The position numbers were made by a program, and so were the translations under genes. Shown here piece after piece: positions 37,939 to 50,732 of a DNA stretch of 64,000 nt. Within the stretch, counting starts at the first letter, position 1; each line of letters opens with the position of its first letter. A model generated the notes under the pieces. That model worked only from the letters and a program-made list of their open reading frames with translations, had not been told where the DNA came from and ran no database searches. The stretch is from Carcharhinus longimanus (lineage: Eukaryota): the NCBI GenBank assembly GCA_030264375.1, contig JASCQW010000027.1, positions 51,233,723 through 51,297,722 of the forward strand, given 5' to 3'.

Positions 37939-38417
37939 AGTTCTGGAATCTTCTCTGCATTGGCCTTGATTGGTTTTGACAACAGCTTAATTCTCACACC
38001 CTATTTCTTGTGCGTACTTCTTTTGGGTAATAGCTGAAATGTAGTTTCTGGGAGCAAATCAGAACTTATCACTGAGATATTGGTTTCTCTGGCTCATCCA
38101 GACATCAATTAGGCTTTCCTGACACTATTCTGGAGCTCATGGGGGATATTCAAATGGTGATGTCCTCAAAAGCTTCTGAGTAAGTGTTGATATTTCACTG
38201 GCATAAATGGGGAACAGGAGTGGGCTGAAGACCCAGCCCTGGACAAATCCTGGTGGAAGCTGCTGTTCCCCCTCTCTGGCACTACTCTTGAACCCTTCTA
38301 GGGGATTCTGTATCCATTGAATCCATTTGCGGGTGATCAAAAGCTCAAAATTTCAGGCTATGATATATTTTGTTTATGGTACCAGTTAAAAATTAAGAAA
38401 TGTATCTTATTTTGCAG

Positions 38418-38511
38418 AAGCAACATGTGCTTTGAAAGGTGCCTGTGCGGTGGATTTAATTCAAGACCAAAGGAGTTCAAAATGTAATTCACCTCTGGCA
38501 AGCAATGAAAG
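38418..38511 (+). CDS. CCP exon N: (E)ATCALKGACAVDLIQDQRSSKCNSPLASNE
   Basis: Acceptor ttattttgcag, donor AG|gtaaag. Phase 1 to 2, compatible with exon M. Confidence 0.6.
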
Positions 38512-39234
38512 GTAAAGAAAGAGAACACAGTGGTTGAAAGTGCAGGGTTCAGTGTAAAATGCAGTCAATCTTAGTTATGAGAATAGTGTCATTTTTTGTT
38601 TCACGTTTCCCTTCACCTGTGTTCAATAACTGTTTAATCAGTTCCTTCTTTAAGCTGCTTTTTATTTGTGTCTGATAATGAATGCAGTACAAACTTGCTG
38701 ATATGATTGCTTTGACAAGATCCTGTAAAATAACTCAGTGAGCTATTGTGATCTGCACAGAGCAACCAATGAAAACAACAAAATTTAAATATGATTTGAA
38801 AAAGTCCATTGTCGTACCCTTTTAAAAGTGATGGGAAGTAACATTCTTGACACTGCAGATTGTGAATTCAGACTTGAAGCAATTATTTGGATTTTTAGAA
38901 TTTCAAATAGGGCAATGTGTTATTTAATACATATTTGTTTATTAGCATTTTAATATTGATGGTGCATCATATTGTATGAGTGCATAGTGCTATAATATGA
39001 TTTCCAATCTTGATTCCCAACACAACAATTTGCCAATCAAATTATTGGATTTGAGCTGGGATTAGCCTGGTTGTCTTTCCTTTTGGTTGGGTTTACTACA
39101 TAATGAAGATAGACTTGAGATGAAAGAAAGTTTAACAGAAAGAATTGTTTACATTCTTTGCTATCTACTGTTAAGGCACTAACCTTGAACAGATAGCAAG
39201 CTGAAAATAAATCGAAAAAGAAAATGGTGACAAA

Positions 39235-39715
39235 TTGGTAATGTCATTGGACTAGTAATCCAGAGGCCCATGTCCTGGGAAAACAGGTTCAAATTCCCAC
39301 GGCTGGTGGAATTTAAATTCAGTTAATGAATTGAAACCTAATCTCAATAATGGTGCCATGGAAACTATCAATTGTCATAAAAACCCTGTCTGGTTCACTA
39401 ATGGCTGTTAGGGAAGGAAATCTGGCTCTGACAAAGGGCCACCTAGACTTGAATCATTAGCTTTGTTCTTTCTTCACAGATGCAGTCACACCTTCTGAGA
39501 TTTTTCCAGCAATTTCTGCTTTTGTTTCAGGTTCCAGCATCCGCAGTAATTTGCTTTAATCTGCCCTATACGTGACTTCAGACCCACAGCAATGTGGCTG
39601 GCTCTTAATTGCCCTCTGAAATGGCCTAGCAAACTGCTCTGTTCATGGACGATTAGGGATGGTCAACAACACATGTTGGTCTTGTCAGCAACGCCCAGAT
39701 CCCAAAAGGAATTTA
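39235..39715 (+). mobile_element. tRNA-derived SINE sharing its 3' tail with the L2/CR1-group LINE; nested family B insertion at about 39425-39560
   Basis: ggtaatgtcattggactagtaatccagagg head and ctggttcactaatg....tagggaaggaaatctg core. Related copies at 40665-40840 (+) and 41600-41990 (-). Confidence 0.75.
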
Positions 39716-40928
39716 TAAACCTGTCAATTCTGGAAGTCTGGAATAAAACCAGAAATTGATGGAAACAGAATAGATCCAACAATGTTGACAGTCTTGCTGT
39801 GTATTTTTAGTTTAGAGTAGGATAGGCATTGAATCCAGCTCCTCATTCACTATGTGGCAAGTTCATGGTTTAGCTATTTACTTAGAGTGGAAGCCAAGTA
39901 ATGGCTCAATACTTTCCATAGAAAAGACAGCAATTTAGTGGTCCAGATGCAGAGCTTTGTGTGGCAGGAAATAACGTTGAATTAATGTATGTTACAAACA
40001 GGTCTATGCTTCTGTATTTTAAATAGGTATTGATCTCCTAGTTGGCTATAGCACAACAAATGATGGTTCTTTCTCTTTTAAAGAGGACACAAAAACAATA
40101 TGTCAAAATCCTCACACCACCAGCTACAAGACAGGACATGTAACAATAAAGAAGATCATGTATGCTCTGACAAAAGGTCATCCAGACTCGAAACATTGGT
40201 TCTATTCTCTTTCCACAGATGCTGTCAGACTGGCTGAAATTTTCCAGCAATTTCTGTGTTTGTGTCATGTACACTTAGTCACATGAATTAAGTCTGGCAT
40301 ACTGTCATAATCAACAGTGAATTATCTCATTGCTTTTTTCATGAATGATGTTTGGAAATAAAAACTTTGTTAAACTTGAAAATTATAAAGTTATTAATTC
40401 TGACTTTAATAAATTGGATTCTGATGGCTGTTTTTATCTACTTCAAAAAATCCTTATTTTAGTGATCTGTTATTATTAAAATAAATCGATTTCCATTAAT
40501 CCTATTTTTTAACGACATCAAATTATAAAAAAAAATGCCATGCACATTTTCACCCAAGCTGTTGCAGTGGTCATTTCATTTAGAGTGAAGGATCTACACA
40601 GATCAGAGGGGTAGGGAGAGGGGAGGAGATACATTTTTGCTACTTTCAACTATGAACTTCTATCTGGATGGTGTTCAGTAATGTCCTTTAGGGGAAAAAA
40701 TCTGTTGTCCTCGCCTGGTCTGACCTGCATGTGATTTCAGGGTCACAGCAATGCGGTTGGCTCTCAACTGCCCTCCAAGGGCAATTAGGGAAGGGCAATA
40801 AATGCTGGCCAGCCAGTGGCGCCCATGAATGAATAAAAAAAAGTACGAGATTTGTATTAACAAGAAAATAGAATTTTAGATAAGTCCCTCCCATTAAAAA
40901 ATTCCATTTGCCTTTATATTGTTCACAG

Positions 40929-41043
40929 TACTCAGAAACTATGGTGCCAGGCATCACCATTTCTACAAAGGCTAAGAACCAAGATTCAAGAATCCCCTTT
41001 GGTAGCTATCCACAAAGAACAATCCCACAAGACTCTATTGTAG
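40929..41043 (+). CDS. CCP exon O, probable last coding segment: (S)TQKLWCQASPFLQRLRTKIQESPLVAIHKEQSHKTLL*
   Basis: Acceptor ttgttcacag. The phase 2 frame is open to TAG at 41041-41043. The exon continues to donor CAG|gtaaat at 41061. Confidence 0.5.
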
Positions 41044-41283
41044 ACTAATACAGCCAAGCAGGTAAATGTACTATTGTATAATCAATTCCATGTTACAGTC
41101 CTAGGTAAGCATGTAATGAGTCTGGATGCTCTCGATAGCACATTAATTAGCATTGTCATCAACTCTGAGAGAATTTTTGTCACATTGATAATATTGCAAA
41201 GCTATCTTTTCTGAAATTACTCAAAATAGTCTTTGTACTGCATTTGATCTCCATTGGCAATTAATGTTATTATATCCTTCCAG

Positions 41284-41464
41284 ATGGTTGCTAATGTAAA
41301 GTGTTGCGAAAACATCAGGAACACCCTGGAGCTCTACTTACACAAGTTCCTCTGCACACGCCTTAACCTGTATGACACAGTCTATCTTCAATGGCAACAA
41401 AGCTTCATGACCTCTGCAAATGCATTTAAAGAATGCCAGCACATATCACAATATATGTAATAAA
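41284..41464 (+). other. Probable terminal exon of the CCP gene with polyadenylation signal
   Basis: Acceptor tccttccag at 41283. A 58-codon open frame ends at TAA (41458-41460), which overlaps AATAAA (41459-41464). Confidence 0.45.
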
Positions 41465-43324
41465 TAATTATGGAAGAAGATCTTTAAAAAATCAGAAGTA
41501 CTAGTGACGACTTTGTTAATAGAATATTAGTAGAATATTATAATGTCTGGGTCAATTATTATGCTCCCATTTTATCATATTGACAAGAGAGGATTTTTAA
41601 AAAATTCATTTGTAGGATATGGGTGTTGCTGGCTGGCCAGCATTTATTGCCCTTCCTTAGTTACCCTTGAAATGAATAGCTTGTAGGGCCATTTCGAGGG
41701 CAGTGCAGAGTCAACCACATTACTGTGGCTCTGAGTCACATATAGGCTAAGCCAGCTAAGGATGGCAGATTTCCCTCCCTAAAGGACATTAAGTGAACCA
41801 GATGGAATTTTTCCAACAATTGACAAAGGTTTTGTGGTTGTTAGTAGATTTTAATTCCAGGTATTTATTTTTAATTGAATTTAAATTCCATCATCTGCTA
41901 TGGCAGGATTTGAACACAGGTCCCCAGAACATTTGCTGAGTTTCTGGATTAATAGTCTACTGATAATACCACAACACCATTGCCTCCCCTTCATGATCAG
42001 ATTATGAAGACCTTTTAACAGATTTGATCTCTTTATTTAAGAATGCCAACCAAGTACACCATCCAGTTACTTTGCCAAATGAATCTAGTGCCTTAGCTTT
42101 GCTACATCTTTACAATGTAGTCCAGCTATTTATCACTCTAAATAAAGGATTACCTTTTGATATTTGCTCTATATTTTTGTTCTCTTGCTTGATGCCTTAA
42201 AGAATTGTTTCAATTTTTCTTAAATGCCATTTTGAAGTCTGCAGGTAATTGTTTTTGAGCTTTTGTCAGTAACTAGATGTCTGGCCTACTACTTAGCCTA
42301 GATCAAACGTTGTGGGTATACCGTGTATAATGTTGCAAGTAAAATTGTGGGTAGTTGGCCGACAATTTTATGACGTGCTCACAGCAGTCAAGGCTGCTGC
42401 CAAAGATTATCTACCCTATAAACTCCAGTGCTGCCCATAGTTATCCAAGGCTTTCTGAAACCAGACCAAACATTGTTCTTACCATAGGATAATTTCAGCA
42501 TGCATCAGGAACTCCGTGAAAATTTAGTCACTCAGCTTTGGTCTCTCATACAGCTGCAGACTTGATGTGGATGTACTGAACAAAAATTTAACAGCCTCAA
42601 GTTGCTGAAGTTTTCTTTGTTCATGTTTCCCACTTAAGATTGGTATGAAGTAATATCTGGATTTGCCTCCTGTGGATCTCCACCTTGATGTGTGGTGAGG
42701 AGTGTGTGCTCCAACTATCTCTTATGAGATGCTATTGGAAGCTCTCTGCTCCCAGTAGAGCCACCTGTGCTATCAAGATCAGGGAGAGGTGCCAAAGTGC
42801 TGGCAAAAGATTTCTCAACCGCAGAGCTGGCAAATACTTCAGCTTTCACTGGCTGCAAAGGTGAAAGAAGGCTGCAGAGGCAAGACAGTCCCACTCATCA
42901 TGGTTTGATACATAAACTAAATCTGACCATCAACTCATCAAGATCATTTGGAAGATGCCAGCATCCCAAGGTCTACACGTTAAACAAAATCACACACAGG
43001 CTTCTATTTGCCAATCCATTGGTAATGGATAATTGATGATGGGGATAGGGCTGTGAACCCAGGAATCCCTAGTCAAGAATCTGCACTCGGTGATAGATTA
43101 ATTAAGGTTGTTGGACAGCAGTGTTGGGACAATGGCATCTTTGGTGGTGTCTTTGGGCAGCAGCATCTGTGACTGAGCAATATCTTCATGATACTCTCCG
43201 CTCATCCAAAATGAGGAAGGAGCTAGAAAAGGTGCCTTGAAAAGTGGCTGTCGCACTCACACCTAGTTGGAGAATCACACCTTGCAGATTTGCCGCCTTC
43301 ACGGTCAAAGAAAGCTTCAATTTT

Positions 43325-44365
43325 TAAATTCATTTATGGGATGTGGGCATCGTAGGCTATGCCAGCATTTATTGCCCACCTGTTGTTGCCCGTCAGAGGT
43401 GATGGTGAGCTACTTCTCTAAACTGCTGTAGTCCCTGAGATGTAGGTACACCTACAGTGCTGTTAGGGAGGAAATTCCAGGATTTTGACCCAGCAGCAGT
43501 GAAGGAACAGTGATATATTTCCAGGTCAAGAAGTTGAGTGACTTGAAGGGGAGCCTGGTGATGGTGTTCCCAGGCATCTACTCTCATACCCTTCTGGATG
43601 ATAGTGGTTGTGTGTTTGGAAGGTGCTGCTGAAGGAACTTTGGTGAGTTCCTGCAGTGCATCTTGTAGATGGTACACACTGCTTCCGCTGTGCATCGATG
43701 ATGGAAGGATTGGATGTATGTGGAAGAGATGGCAATCAAGTGGGCTGCTTCGTCTTGGATAGTTTAGGTGGATCAGCTCTAGTGAAGAGTCAGACTCGAA
43801 ATATTGGCTCTATTCTCTCTCCAAGATACTGAGATTTTCCAGCATTTTCTGTTTTTGTTTCATATTCCAGCATTTGCAGTATTTTGCCTTTATCCTGCAT
43901 GATGTTCAAGTGTTTTTGGACTTGCACTCATCCAGGTGATTGGAAAGTATTCCATTACAATCCCGACTTGTGCCTTGTAGATGGTGAACAGACTTTGTGG
44001 GGTCAGGAGGCAAGTTACTTGCCGTGGGATCATTAGCCTTTGACCTGCTCTGGGAACCACAGTATTTATATAGAACCATAGAACATTACAGCATAGAAAC
44101 AAGTCTTTTGGCCCTTCTTGGCTGTGCCAAACCATTTTTCTGCCCAGTCCCACTAACCTGCACCTGGACCATATCCCTCCACACCCCTCTCATCCATGTA
44201 CCTGTCCCAAGTTTTTCTTAAATGTTAAAAGTGAGCCCACATTTACCACTTCATATGATTAACCCAGTTCAATTTCTGATCAGTGGTAACACCCCCAGGA
44301 TGTTGATAGTGGGGGGGAATTCAGCAATGGTAATGTTACTGAACATCCAAGTAATGATGATTAGA
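43325..44365 (-). mobile_element. L2/CR1-group LINE fragment with nested family B (43777-43890) and CR1 (44072-44250) insertions
   Basis: RT C-terminal peptide TIYKAQV..VMEY.P..WMSAS in ORF 43890..44153. Confidence 0.8.
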
Positions 44366-46614
44366 TCCTTTCTTTTGATCAAAATCAAGGAGTCTTNNNN
44401 NNNNNNAACAAATCTGGAAGAGAAAGTCCATGAGATCTAACGATATGCTGACCATCATGTAATGCAAAGTTTTTTTTTGGAATCCATCTATAAACAAAGA
44501 TCAAATAGGCCAAATTTCCTTTGCTCACAGGTTTGTATTTCTCCTCTTAAGGATGACAATGTCCTCAATGTTGGAAAAAGCACTTTCAACAACTCTCCAA
44601 TTGTGAATCCACAATGGTAGCTGAAACATTCCAGGCTGCCCCCTAGTCCCTCCCTATCATTGACTCCATGGCTGAGTCCCCATTGATAGGATATATTCAA
44701 CAAGCAATCAAACAGAGGGAAAGTAACTACAGCTTGATGGTATTCCAGCTGAAGTCTTCAAAGCTGTTGGGCTTTCACTCGCAAGACCCCATGCACACAG
44801 ATTTAGGAGGAAGAAGATCTCTCTGTCCCCTCGACTTCAGGAATATAACAATTAAAACTACCTTTATGGAGGGAGATAAATCATACTGTGGAAACAAATC
44901 AAGGTATTTTTTCTTATCTTGTCCATAGCAGGGAACTCCTGACATTCACCTGAATCACCTACTTTATGTGGCTGAGGAAATCCCCTCAAAGACGATGAGA
45001 CTTTATATCTTACAAATGGACCTCTGACTGGTTTTTGTTGCTAGTGAAGTCTAAGAAAAGTCAACACCAGGAATATTTACTGACCTCACCAAATTTGACT
45101 CAGTAAATATCTGAACGAGACAACTGTTCTTCCATGATGTGAAAAGTTGCCAACAATAGCACTTGACAGCCAGAGTCAGAGGATGGGCGTTTGTAACTTT
45201 GAATGGGGTTATTTCAGTGTTGTGGATGGGACAAAGCTGATCAGACTCAAAACATGGGAGTTGCTGGAAAGGTAGGAACAGAATGCCATAGTGGAGCATG
45301 TGATAAATTGCAGATAGCTGTGTTGAGCTTTTTTGTCTCCTAGAAAGAAACAACAGTGATTTTGGATGGGGGAATGAGTGACAGTAATTGACAGAGAATG
45401 GGGGTCAAGAGAGGAGGAGGAAAATTGTATAGATATATGCTTACAGTGCATGGGGGGGGCACGTGGAATTTAGAAGGAAATCTGCAGAAAGCAGTGGGGT
45501 TAGGGTTCAAGAATGTTGAAGGACAATTTGACTTTAATAGGCAAACAGATGTTTCATTGTAAAACCAAGCACCTGACAATACTTCGAGAGTAAATGTGAA
45601 GAAGATAGGGCCTGAAGAGTCTGCAGGTATACTTATAAATCACTGAATACAATCTTGTAGTGGAGCAAAGATGGTGTGGTTTTCATACAATCTCTAGTGC
45701 AGATGGAGGCCATTGGCACATCAGTTTTCTTTGTCCTCTGATGATCCTGTAAGGTGGTTTTGGTAGAGAAATCGGAAACCGAACTCATGCCATCTAGACA
45801 GATGTGATTTTGGATGGCTAACCTACTTGTGTGCCAAAATTGTTCAAGGCTATACCCCTTAAGACTAACAGGGTCATACATGGGGATAAATCAGGCAGCG
45901 AGCAAAACATTTATTGGGACAAGATCAAAAACGAAGTGGCCAACTGGTCAACAGCTGAACAAATATTGTGGTGGCAAAACAGCATTTAAAAATTTCAAAG
46001 AACGTAAAGAGGGAAATTGGATTGGGCAGAGCAAGTGTCTTGAGCAATATGAGCAAGTGATTGGAATTGACCGTTATGCCAGGGAGGAACACAAAATGCA
46101 AGATTGACGAGTACCTAGAAATATGGATAGGAAGATTACATGGAGGGACAAGTTTAGGGAGATAGGAAATCATGAAAAGTCAGATCAGAGAGAGGGAAGG
46201 TAAATTGAGATTCAAATTGTATTCAGTGATTTATTTATTAGTACAATTGCAGACTCTAAGGCTGCAATTTTACTGTCCCGCCTGCCATGGGAATCGTACT
46301 GGGCGAGGGGCAGACCATGGAAACGTCAGTTGAACTTGGGCGTAAGTTTACAATTTCAGGACAGGCAAAGCTGGAAAATCCTATTCTAAGTTTTCACTGG
46401 GGAAGGGAATTCTAGCTTTGGATAGGCTCCACAACTGGAAACATCTTTCTACATGTCTTTTAAGGAACAGGCTAATGTACAAATATACAATGATGGCACT
46501 GGCCAACGACAAAAGCTTACTCCTTGGTTTTGATTTCTGATACACATACAAGTATCTTGCACCGTGACCATGCACAAGCCAGTGCCCTATTTTCCCCAAA
46601 GCACTGCAATCATT

Positions 46615-47165
46615 TCATAGATGTTTACATCACAGGAAGCCATTTAGCGCATTCTATCCGTGCCAGTCAACAAAGATCTGATTGCACTAATCCCATTTTC
46701 TAGTGCTTGGTCCATTGTCCTGGAGGTTATGGTATTACAAGTGAATATCTAAATACTACTTAAATCTGAGTTTTTGACTCAAAATACCCTTTCAGGCAGT
46801 GAATTCCTGACTCCTACCAGCCTCTGGGTGAAGTTTTTTCCCTCAATGCACCTCTTTGCTTACATCTATGCCCCCTAGTTACATTCCTCTACTAACTGAA
46901 AAAGTACCTTTCTGTTCACCCTATGTGTGTTCCTCAATCTTATAAACTTCTATCAGGTCCCCCTCAAACTTTGCTGCTCCAAGGAAAACAGTCCCAGTCT
47001 ATCCCATACTTTCTCTCAGCTCAGACCTTCCAGCCCAGGCAGAATCTTAATAAATCTCCTCTGTACCTTCTCCAGTGCAATCAAATCCTTCATATGTGGT
47101 GACCGTAACTGCAAGCAGTACTCCAACTGTGGCCTAACTAGCATTTTATACAGTTCCAGCATGAA
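46615..47165 (-). mobile_element. CR1-type LINE 3' fragment
   Basis: Reverse-strand YKMLVRPQLEYCLQLRSP remnant and CR1 3' end. Confidence 0.85.
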
Positions 47166-47519
47166 CCTGGGTCAAACAAAATAATTTGAACAAAACCTGT
47201 AAAGACAAGAATCATCTAACTCTTGTGAATACTTATCCTGTGCTTAACTATGAATTAAATGTGGCCACTGAGCTTTCAAGGTACAGCTTATAAAAATATA
47301 TGTTCTATGAATCACAAATCAAGGCTCACTGAATATTTGAAAATCAATTCAAACAATCTTACAGTACTCAAAATCCAGAGCATTGTTTTCCCCAGTCTGG
47401 AATAAGATTTTCTAATAATTTACTCAGTCCATGAAAAATGGTGAGCTTTTAAAAAACATCTGGGAATGCAAATAGTGGAGGAAAGCAAAAAAAAACCACA
47501 CCTAAATAAAAGAATTCAC

Positions 47520-48474
47520 ACATGGGTTTTTCAGATGTTTATTATTTTCATGTGTTCTGGGTAAGGTTCAACAGCTCAAAAACAAAGTTTACAGTATGTC
47601 TTAACATGAGGTTACACCAGAATGTACAAAATGCATCTTACTGCCTACACAGGCAGTATCACCAAGATCCAAATGACACATCTAGTTTAGAGGGGAAAAG
47701 AGACAGATCAAATGTATTACACAGAGTTGGAAATCCTAGCTCAAAAAAAAACATATCCAGGGGAAATATCCAGTGGGTATCTCATAATATTAGTCAACCA
47801 CAATCCTAAAGCAAGGAATTAGACAAATTATAATTTTGTATGAAAACATGTGGGAAAATGATAGAAAGACATCAGGTCAATCAGCATCTCTAAAGCAAAT
47901 ATGGGCCAATATTTCAGCTACAGGACTCATTCACACTTTAGTTTCAAGTATTCCTATTTAATTACTTTCTAATCATACACATTTACGGTGCATTCATACT
48001 GCAGTTTTATGCCAATGCCATGTGGTTTCAATACAAATGTAACAGTATAATTTAGAGTGAGTTGCTGATTTGATTTTTAAACAAATTACACTGCTCAAAA
48101 CTTTGCCACTTGCAACATAAACTAGAAAATCGAGAATACCCAAATAAATCTACATATTTTTGTATCAGACGTTATTGTAATACTCTAGAACAGGCGTTTT
48201 AAAAATTCCGGTGATAATCTAGCAATAAATCATTCTCTCAAACAAGCATCCATGCGAAGCTAGAATCAAAATTACATTTTCAGGTTCGAATTTCAAATCA
48301 AATGGAGAAAAGTTTACAAATGTCATTTTCCACTTGTTTGATTACAGGGAAGACAGAAATAGTGTAACTCAATGCCACTGGTCCAGCAACAAATTGTAGT
48401 CAAAAGCCGAAAGTATTTTTTGGCAGGCCTGCACCTCCATTTCAAAATGTCTATGGCTTAACATTCGGTGGATT
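47520..48474 (-). other. CCDC25: Probable CCDC25 3' UTR
   Basis: Repeat-free AT-rich sequence after the stop codon, with a candidate minus-strand AATAAA near 47538-47543. The true end is uncertain. Confidence 0.45.
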
Positions 48475-48507
48475 TCACATAAAATCATCAGAGTCATAAC
48501 CACAATC
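48475..48507 (-). CDS. CCDC25: CCDC25 last coding exon: DCGYDSDDFM*
   Basis: Conserved C-terminal D(E/D)FM followed by TGA; acceptor tttgtttag. Confidence 0.95.
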   Translation of the reverse strand, partial: DCGYDSDDFM

Positions 48508-49105
48508 CTAAACAAAGACAAAAAAAAAGGAATTAGACAAATGATAACATTCCACAAGCACATGCTGGATGACAGTTCCAGAGTCAAATGGCAGAAATGG
48601 AGGTGGCAATAGGGATAGGGATCGAGAAATACAACTCAGTTTTCCAAAAACTATAGCAAATGATACTTCTAGTGTACTAGGGAATACACAGTGAAACAAA
48701 AACGGTCTGGAATTAATAAATACAGCACCACATCAATGTAAAAGTTGTGGAACTGCTGCTGTGTTGAAACAGAGGCAAGATGAAGGGATGCTTATAAAAG
48801 ATAACCTAGATAATTTTCATTCCTAAATAAGCATTCATCTCAGTAGATATAACTTTTAGTTACTAATCGTGGCTCAATGGTAGTGTTTACCTCCAAGGCA
48901 GAAGTTTTTGATTTGAGTCTTAAGCACAAAAGCTAGGCTGACACTTCAGTATGTGGTATTAGTGACATTGTCTTTTGAGTGAGATGCTAAACTGCCTTTG
49001 TCCTCTCAGACTGACAAAGATCTGTAACGTTATTTAAAGAACAGCAGGGAAGTTCTTTCAGGTGTCTTGGTCAACATTTATCCCTCAATTAACATCACTA
49101 AAATA

Positions 49106-49255
49106 TGATGTGGCAATGCCAACATTGGACTGGGGTGGGCACAATAAGAAGTCTCAGAACACCAAGTCCAACAGGTTTATTTGGTAGCACAAGCTTTCAG
49201 AGTGCTGCTTCTTCATCAGGTGAGTGGAGAGTTGGGTTCACAAATAGGGCATATG
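49106..49255 (-). mobile_element. Penelope-like (family A) terminal repeat with a minimal type I hammerhead motif (49188-49222)
   Basis: The minus strand reads CAC-CTGATGA-AGAAGCAGCACTCT-GAAA-GCTT-GTG, followed by AATAAA. Confidence 0.7.
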
Positions 49256-50686
49256 ACTAAAATAGGTTACCTGACCATTATCATATTGCTTTTGTGGGAC
49301 CTTGTTACATACAAATTTCTGACACATTACACTTCAAAAGGTCACACTTTAAGTGGTTATAAATCAATGCAGCAGCAGTCTTTCACCCTGAAAATTGTTG
49401 ATGTGATGTTACATTTGTCAATTTTATCCTAGGGAAATAATATTTTGACACCCATTCTATCAAGGATCGAGTTGCACTTCAAAAAGGAAATAGATCAAAG
49501 TCATCTTCAGAATAAAAAANNNNNNNNNNNNNNNNNNNTTGTCCCTAAATTAGTCTCCCCTCAATCTGGTTTCCAATGTGGAGTGCCATAAACGTAGACA
49601 AGGGTCATGGGTAGAGGAGGGCACTCACAATGTTAAAATGGCAGCGCGGGCTCGTTGGGCCAAAAGGCCTGTTTCCCGTGCTGTGTTCTTCTTTGTCCTT
49701 TGTCTTTGACTAATGGCCTCAGTGATGGCTGTAAGAATATGGGCTTGCATTTTTTTTTCTTTGTACTATGAAATTTAGGTACTGTTCTTCATAAATGTTT
49801 GCATGGGCTTCTGGTAAGCAAAGATATCCTTAATCATTGCATCTTTATTTCCATCCAACTTAAATTAATGCAAACAGTTTTTCAAATAGCAGCAATTGAT
49901 TGAATGAAGCTAGACACTTAGAAATGGCAAGTTAGAACATTTCGGAATGATTAAATGGAACTAAAAAAGTTTAAAATGATTATTAAATTGTACATTTTAA
50001 TCAAAAGACAGGAAAAGAGTTTGATTGCTTTGCTAAATTCTTCTTGTAACTGCATTATTAAAGGTTTAACAAAGAATAATTTAAATTAAAAATCATCTGC
50101 ATGCCTTGTAGGTCAGGATGTAGTTATTGTGTATCAATGGTCTATTGATGTAACTGTGAGCGGTGTATCAATCATATTGTGCTACGAAGTGGATGCAGTA
50201 ACCTGCATCTTGGTTGCTCGGGAGAGTAAAGATGTTGTGTGACTTAAGTATTGTATTAATTAATAAATCCTCTTAATTTATTACATTAAAACCACTGTCT
50301 GCCAACTTTTTGTATAGTCAAGTAATTTACAGAATTTTAAATCATACTGGGCATTGGAAGTCAGCTTAGCTCCTGTACTGTTCAGTAATCCTGCTGGAAA
50401 GAGTACAGGGATTCACATGTGTTGGATATGGACAAGATTGTGTGTATTGGCTGAATAGTTCACCAATTAGAACAATCTGGATTCAAATGAAGAATAACCA
50501 TTTGGGAACATGTATCAGACGTGTATGTCTACTGAACTGTAATTCTGTATTTCTGTCTTCTGAAAGAGGACAGGAAAATGTTGGAGAAACACATCTTCTG
50601 ACCAAATTAACAGCAAGCAATAGAGGAACAGGATTTTTGGGCCATGGTGATTGACACTGTAGTCAATTGTAATTATATTTCCTTAC

Positions 50687-50732
50687 CTGATTGCTGCTCA
50701 TGTTTTCAGACTTCATAAGTGCAGAATAGCAC
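50687..50732 (-). CDS. CCDC25: CCDC25 exon 8: CYSALMKSENMSSNQ
   Basis: Matches the CCDC25 YSSLMK.ENMSSNQ segment; acceptor ctccttag, donor gtaagg. Confidence 0.95.
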
